Positions 61,584-64,000 of a DNA stretch of 64,000 nt are shown here, piece by piece; the first letter of the stretch is position 1, and each line of letters starts with the position of its first letter. Both the position numbers and the translations under genes were made by a program. The notes below the pieces were generated by a model, which was not told the DNA's origin, did not search any database, and saw only the letters and a program-made list of their open reading frames with translations. The stretch comes from Candidatus Obscuribacteraceae bacterium (lineage in GTDB: Bacteria; Cyanobacteriota; Vampirovibrionia; Obscuribacterales; Obscuribacteraceae), in assembly GCA_044226015.1 (NCBI GenBank), contig JBGAHS010000002.1, forward strand, positions 1,107,435 to 1,171,434. The letters are read 5' to 3'.

Positions 61584-63362
61584 TTACTTGTAGCGGTGCA
61601 GAATCGGCGCTTCAGCGGTGCCATCCAGCTGTTTGAACTGACCCGCGATGACCATTTCGGCCAGTCGGTTACAGTCCTTGTAGTAGGACGCACCAGGTCG
61701 AGCACCGGTGAGCTTGTGATTGAGACTCTGGCAGAGCAGGTCAGCCGCCGCGATGCTTGCCACATCGCCACAGTTATGACCGTGCATCGCCGTCGTCAAA
61801 ATCATAATCACATCCTGCGCGCGCATGCTCAGCTGAAGCGCGAGAGACTGCATGTCTTCGCCCAGCCGATTGCCGTACTTACGCACGGTGCTCGACAGTT
61901 CCAGCGAGAGCTTAGCGCCCTGACGCAGCGCGAAGTTGACATGCTTCTGCAAGCGTGCATCCATGCCTTCCACCGTCTGCGAAGCGAACCGAGCCTTCCA
62001 CTGCTGCTTGACGGTCCAGGCAGCCAGAGCAGCTCCAGAACTCAGAGCGCCACCCAGAGCAGCGACCTTGCCCTTGCTGACGGCCTTGATGGAGCTACCC
62101 AAAGGCTTCAGCAGGGTTTCGGCGTGTTCTGCCGTCAGCAGCGCGAAGAACTTACCCGAGAGCACATCGTTTTCGCCCTCGTAGATGGTAGGTGCCATGA
62201 AGTCAGCGAAGTTCGTACCGATGTCGTGACCGACGATGAAGCTTCGACCTCCATGGGTGCGCAAGCCGATCTCGATGGCTGCTTCACGAAGCGCATCGGC
62301 GGCGAACACCTTGGCGATGGTGCACTCCAACTCGGCACGGTCACCACGTCGCAGCAAAGTCGAACACCAGTCGCGCTGTGCATCCGCTCCGATGATGAGC
62401 GAAGCCAGGCGAGCGATGCGCTTCTTCACATTGGCGTGGTCCTGAATCGGCTTCTTGAACGTCTCACGATACTCGCCCCAGCTACGCGCTCCGCAGATGC
62501 CGCGCAGAAGGAAGCGCATCACGCCAGCAGCGTTCGCGTCCACGAGCAATCGTCCGTAATTGAGCCCGTGGTAGTGGATGTTATTGCCTTCCAGTCGGTT
62601 TGCAGCAGGGATGCGGAAGTTGTTGAAACGCGCACCCTTGTTGTGGAACTGGCGCACCGCGTAGATGTCGTAGGGAATCTCCTGGAAGGTTTCGTCGTAG
62701 CTGGCCGGGAACTCTGCGATGAACACAGCCGGCTTCGCTTCGCCTTCGACCTTGCAGACGAACGCCAGGAGTTGACCCGGGCGCAAGTTGCCAACGAACA
62801 TCTTCTGACCGGTGACAAGGTACTCGTCACCGACGCGACGCGCAGTCGTGCTGATCGCGCTCACGTCCGTGCCAGCGCCAGGCTCCGTCAGCGCAAAGCC
62901 GGACATCTTCTCGCCAGTGGCAAGCTTGCGCAGGTACTTGTCCTTTTGCTGCTTGCTGCCGAACTGGTTCAGCGAGTGACCCAGCCCGATGCAGGAGTGC
63001 AGACCCAGCACACCAGCTTCGGTGGCAAAGCCTGCGGCTGCCACATCGGAGATCACCTTGGCGTACTGCGAGAAGTCAGCGCCGAAACCACCGTACTCCT
63101 TGTCGATGCGCGTACCCCAGAACCCGATGGCGGCGAGGTCCGCGATGGATTTCGGGCTGATCTTGCCGCGTTCGTCGTATCCGCTGCCATCAGCCTTGTT
63201 GGCACGGAGAATCGCCACGGCCTTTTCGACCATGGCATTGACAGCAGGGTCGTTGCCGACAGCACCAGCAGGACCGAACTCGCTGATGTTCTCGTTACCG
63301 AAGATGATCCGGTTGACGGGGCTGCCAGCGACGGTGCTGCGATCGATGTTTTTCGTAGTCAT
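61584..63362 (-). CDS. Acyl-CoA dehydrogenase (long, VLCAD/ACAD9-like)
   Basis: EYGG, FALTEPGAGTD, GQKMF, GR, HGGRSF and IYEGENDV motifs; start re-called at ATG 63362. Confidence 0.88.
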   Translation of the reverse strand: MTTKNIDRSTVAGSPVNRIIFGNENISEFGPAGAVGNDPAVNAMVEKAVAILRANKADGSGYDERGKISPKSIADLAAIGFWGTRIDKEYGGFGADFSQYAKVISDVAAAGFATEAGVLGLHSCIGLGHSLNQFGSKQQKDKYLRKLATGEKMSGFALTEPGAGTDVSAISTTARRVGDEYLVTGQKMFVGNLRPGQLLAFVCKVEGEAKPAVFIAEFPASYDETFQEIPYDIYAVRQFHNKGARFNNFRIPAANRLEGNNIHYHGLNYGRLLVDANAAGVMRFLLRGICGARSWGEYRETFKKPIQDHANVKKRIARLASLIIGADAQRDWCSTLLRRGDRAELECTIAKVFAADALREAAIEIGLRTHGGRSFIVGHDIGTNFADFMAPTIYEGENDVLSGKFFALLTAEHAETLLKPLGSSIKAVSKGKVAALGGALSSGAALAAWTVKQQWKARFASQTVEGMDARLQKHVNFALRQGAKLSLELSSTVRKYGNRLGEDMQSLALQLSMRAQDVIMILTTAMHGHNCGDVASIAAADLLCQSLNHKLTGARPGASYYKDCNRLAEMVIAGQFKQLDGTAEAPILHRYK

Positions 63363-63411
63363 GGAACTTTTCCTTTGTGAAAAGAAGGGTAAGAGCCAGC
63401 GTCGACTGGCT

Positions 63412-63512
63412 CGAGAGTGCGTTGAAAACCAGACACTCAACCGGTCGAAACCGGCACGAGTGTTCGTTGAAAACCAGACACTCAACCGGTCGAAACCGGC
63501 ACGAGTGTTCGT
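63412..63512. repeat. 45-bp direct repeat upstream of the acyl-CoA dehydrogenase gene
   Basis: GTTGAAAACCAGACACTCAACCGGTCGAAACCGGCACGAGTGTTC x2. Confidence 0.85.
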
Positions 63513-63568
63513 CCTGACACAGGACTACTGAGCTTTGTCCTGAGACAGGACTGATTTTTGCTGCGGCT

Positions 63569-64000
63569 CTAGCGAGCTGTCAGCGCGAATTTGCTTGCTT
63601 CGTGCACGAGACTCTGTGGAATCAAGACTCCAGCAGAGACTCCGAAGTTGAGTGCGTCTTCGACACTCATAGTGCTTTCAATCACGTCCTTGCACGCAAC
63701 CACCAGAAGAAAGCCTGCAGTTGGGTTCGGCATTTGCGGAACGAAGACAACGTAGAATTTCTCTCCGCTGGCTTCATCAACAAATTGGTTGCTGACGAAG
63801 GCCATCGTTTTGAAGATGGGACCTGGCCAGGCAACGAACACGACCTTCTGAAAACTTTTTCCGGATGCTCCGATGGTCTCAATCAACTTTCGACTTGGCG
63901 CATAGATACAGCGCAGCAATGGAACTCTGCTGAGCACTGCATCAATGCCTGCAAGCAATTGGCGTCCCCGAGCAAATGAACTCAAGCAGCCAAATCCGAA
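63569..64000 (-). CDS. DUF502 family membrane protein (5' end outside the window)
   Basis: RVPLLRCIY, VFVPQMPNPTAGFL and MSVEDAL...SAG motifs. Confidence 0.85.
   Translation of the reverse strand, partial: FGFGCLSSFARGRQLLAGIDAVLSRVPLLRCIYAPSRKLIETIGASGKSFQKVVFVAWPGPIFKTMAFVSNQFVDEASGEKFYVVFVPQMPNPTAGFLLVVACKDVIESTMSVEDALNFGVSAGVLIPQSLVHEASKFALTAR

Noticed and set aside
61596..63380. 594-aa plus-strand ORF
   Set aside because: Antisense to the acyl-CoA dehydrogenase.
1..64000. tRNA, rRNA, prophage or integrase genes
   Set aside because: None recognised by eye; tRNAscan-SE and Infernal would be needed to exclude RNA genes.

Overview
64 kb of bacterial chromosome. Gene content and style suggest a non-photosynthetic cyanobacterial relative (Melainabacteria/Obscuribacterales-like); this is inference only. 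Housekeeping genes (murF, pyrB, pyrC, rpsR, coaE, pepA, Xaa-Pro peptidase, glycogen debranching enzyme) are mixed with accessory genes and many intergenic repeats. The main find is at 5.5-13.5 kb. An ATP-grasp ligase sits among four paralogous genes that share an unnamed ~80-aa domain. One paralog (8459-9880) carries a plesiocin-type leader motif (LFIADL) and about 18 tandem Thr/Ser...Glu/Asp core repeats, which makes it a candidate giant multicore graspetide (omega-ester RiPP) precursor fused to a folded domain. Other notable features: a dispersed 20-bp palindrome (TTTGATCGATATCGATCAAA) that forms pairs exactly 62 bp apart at five loci; an IS1595-derived protein with no recognisable DDE core plus a nearby fragment of it; a 26-bp operator-like palindrome over the promoter of a DUF2239 gene; and a kinase that appears to need a CTG start. 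No rRNA, tRNA or CRISPR array was recognised.
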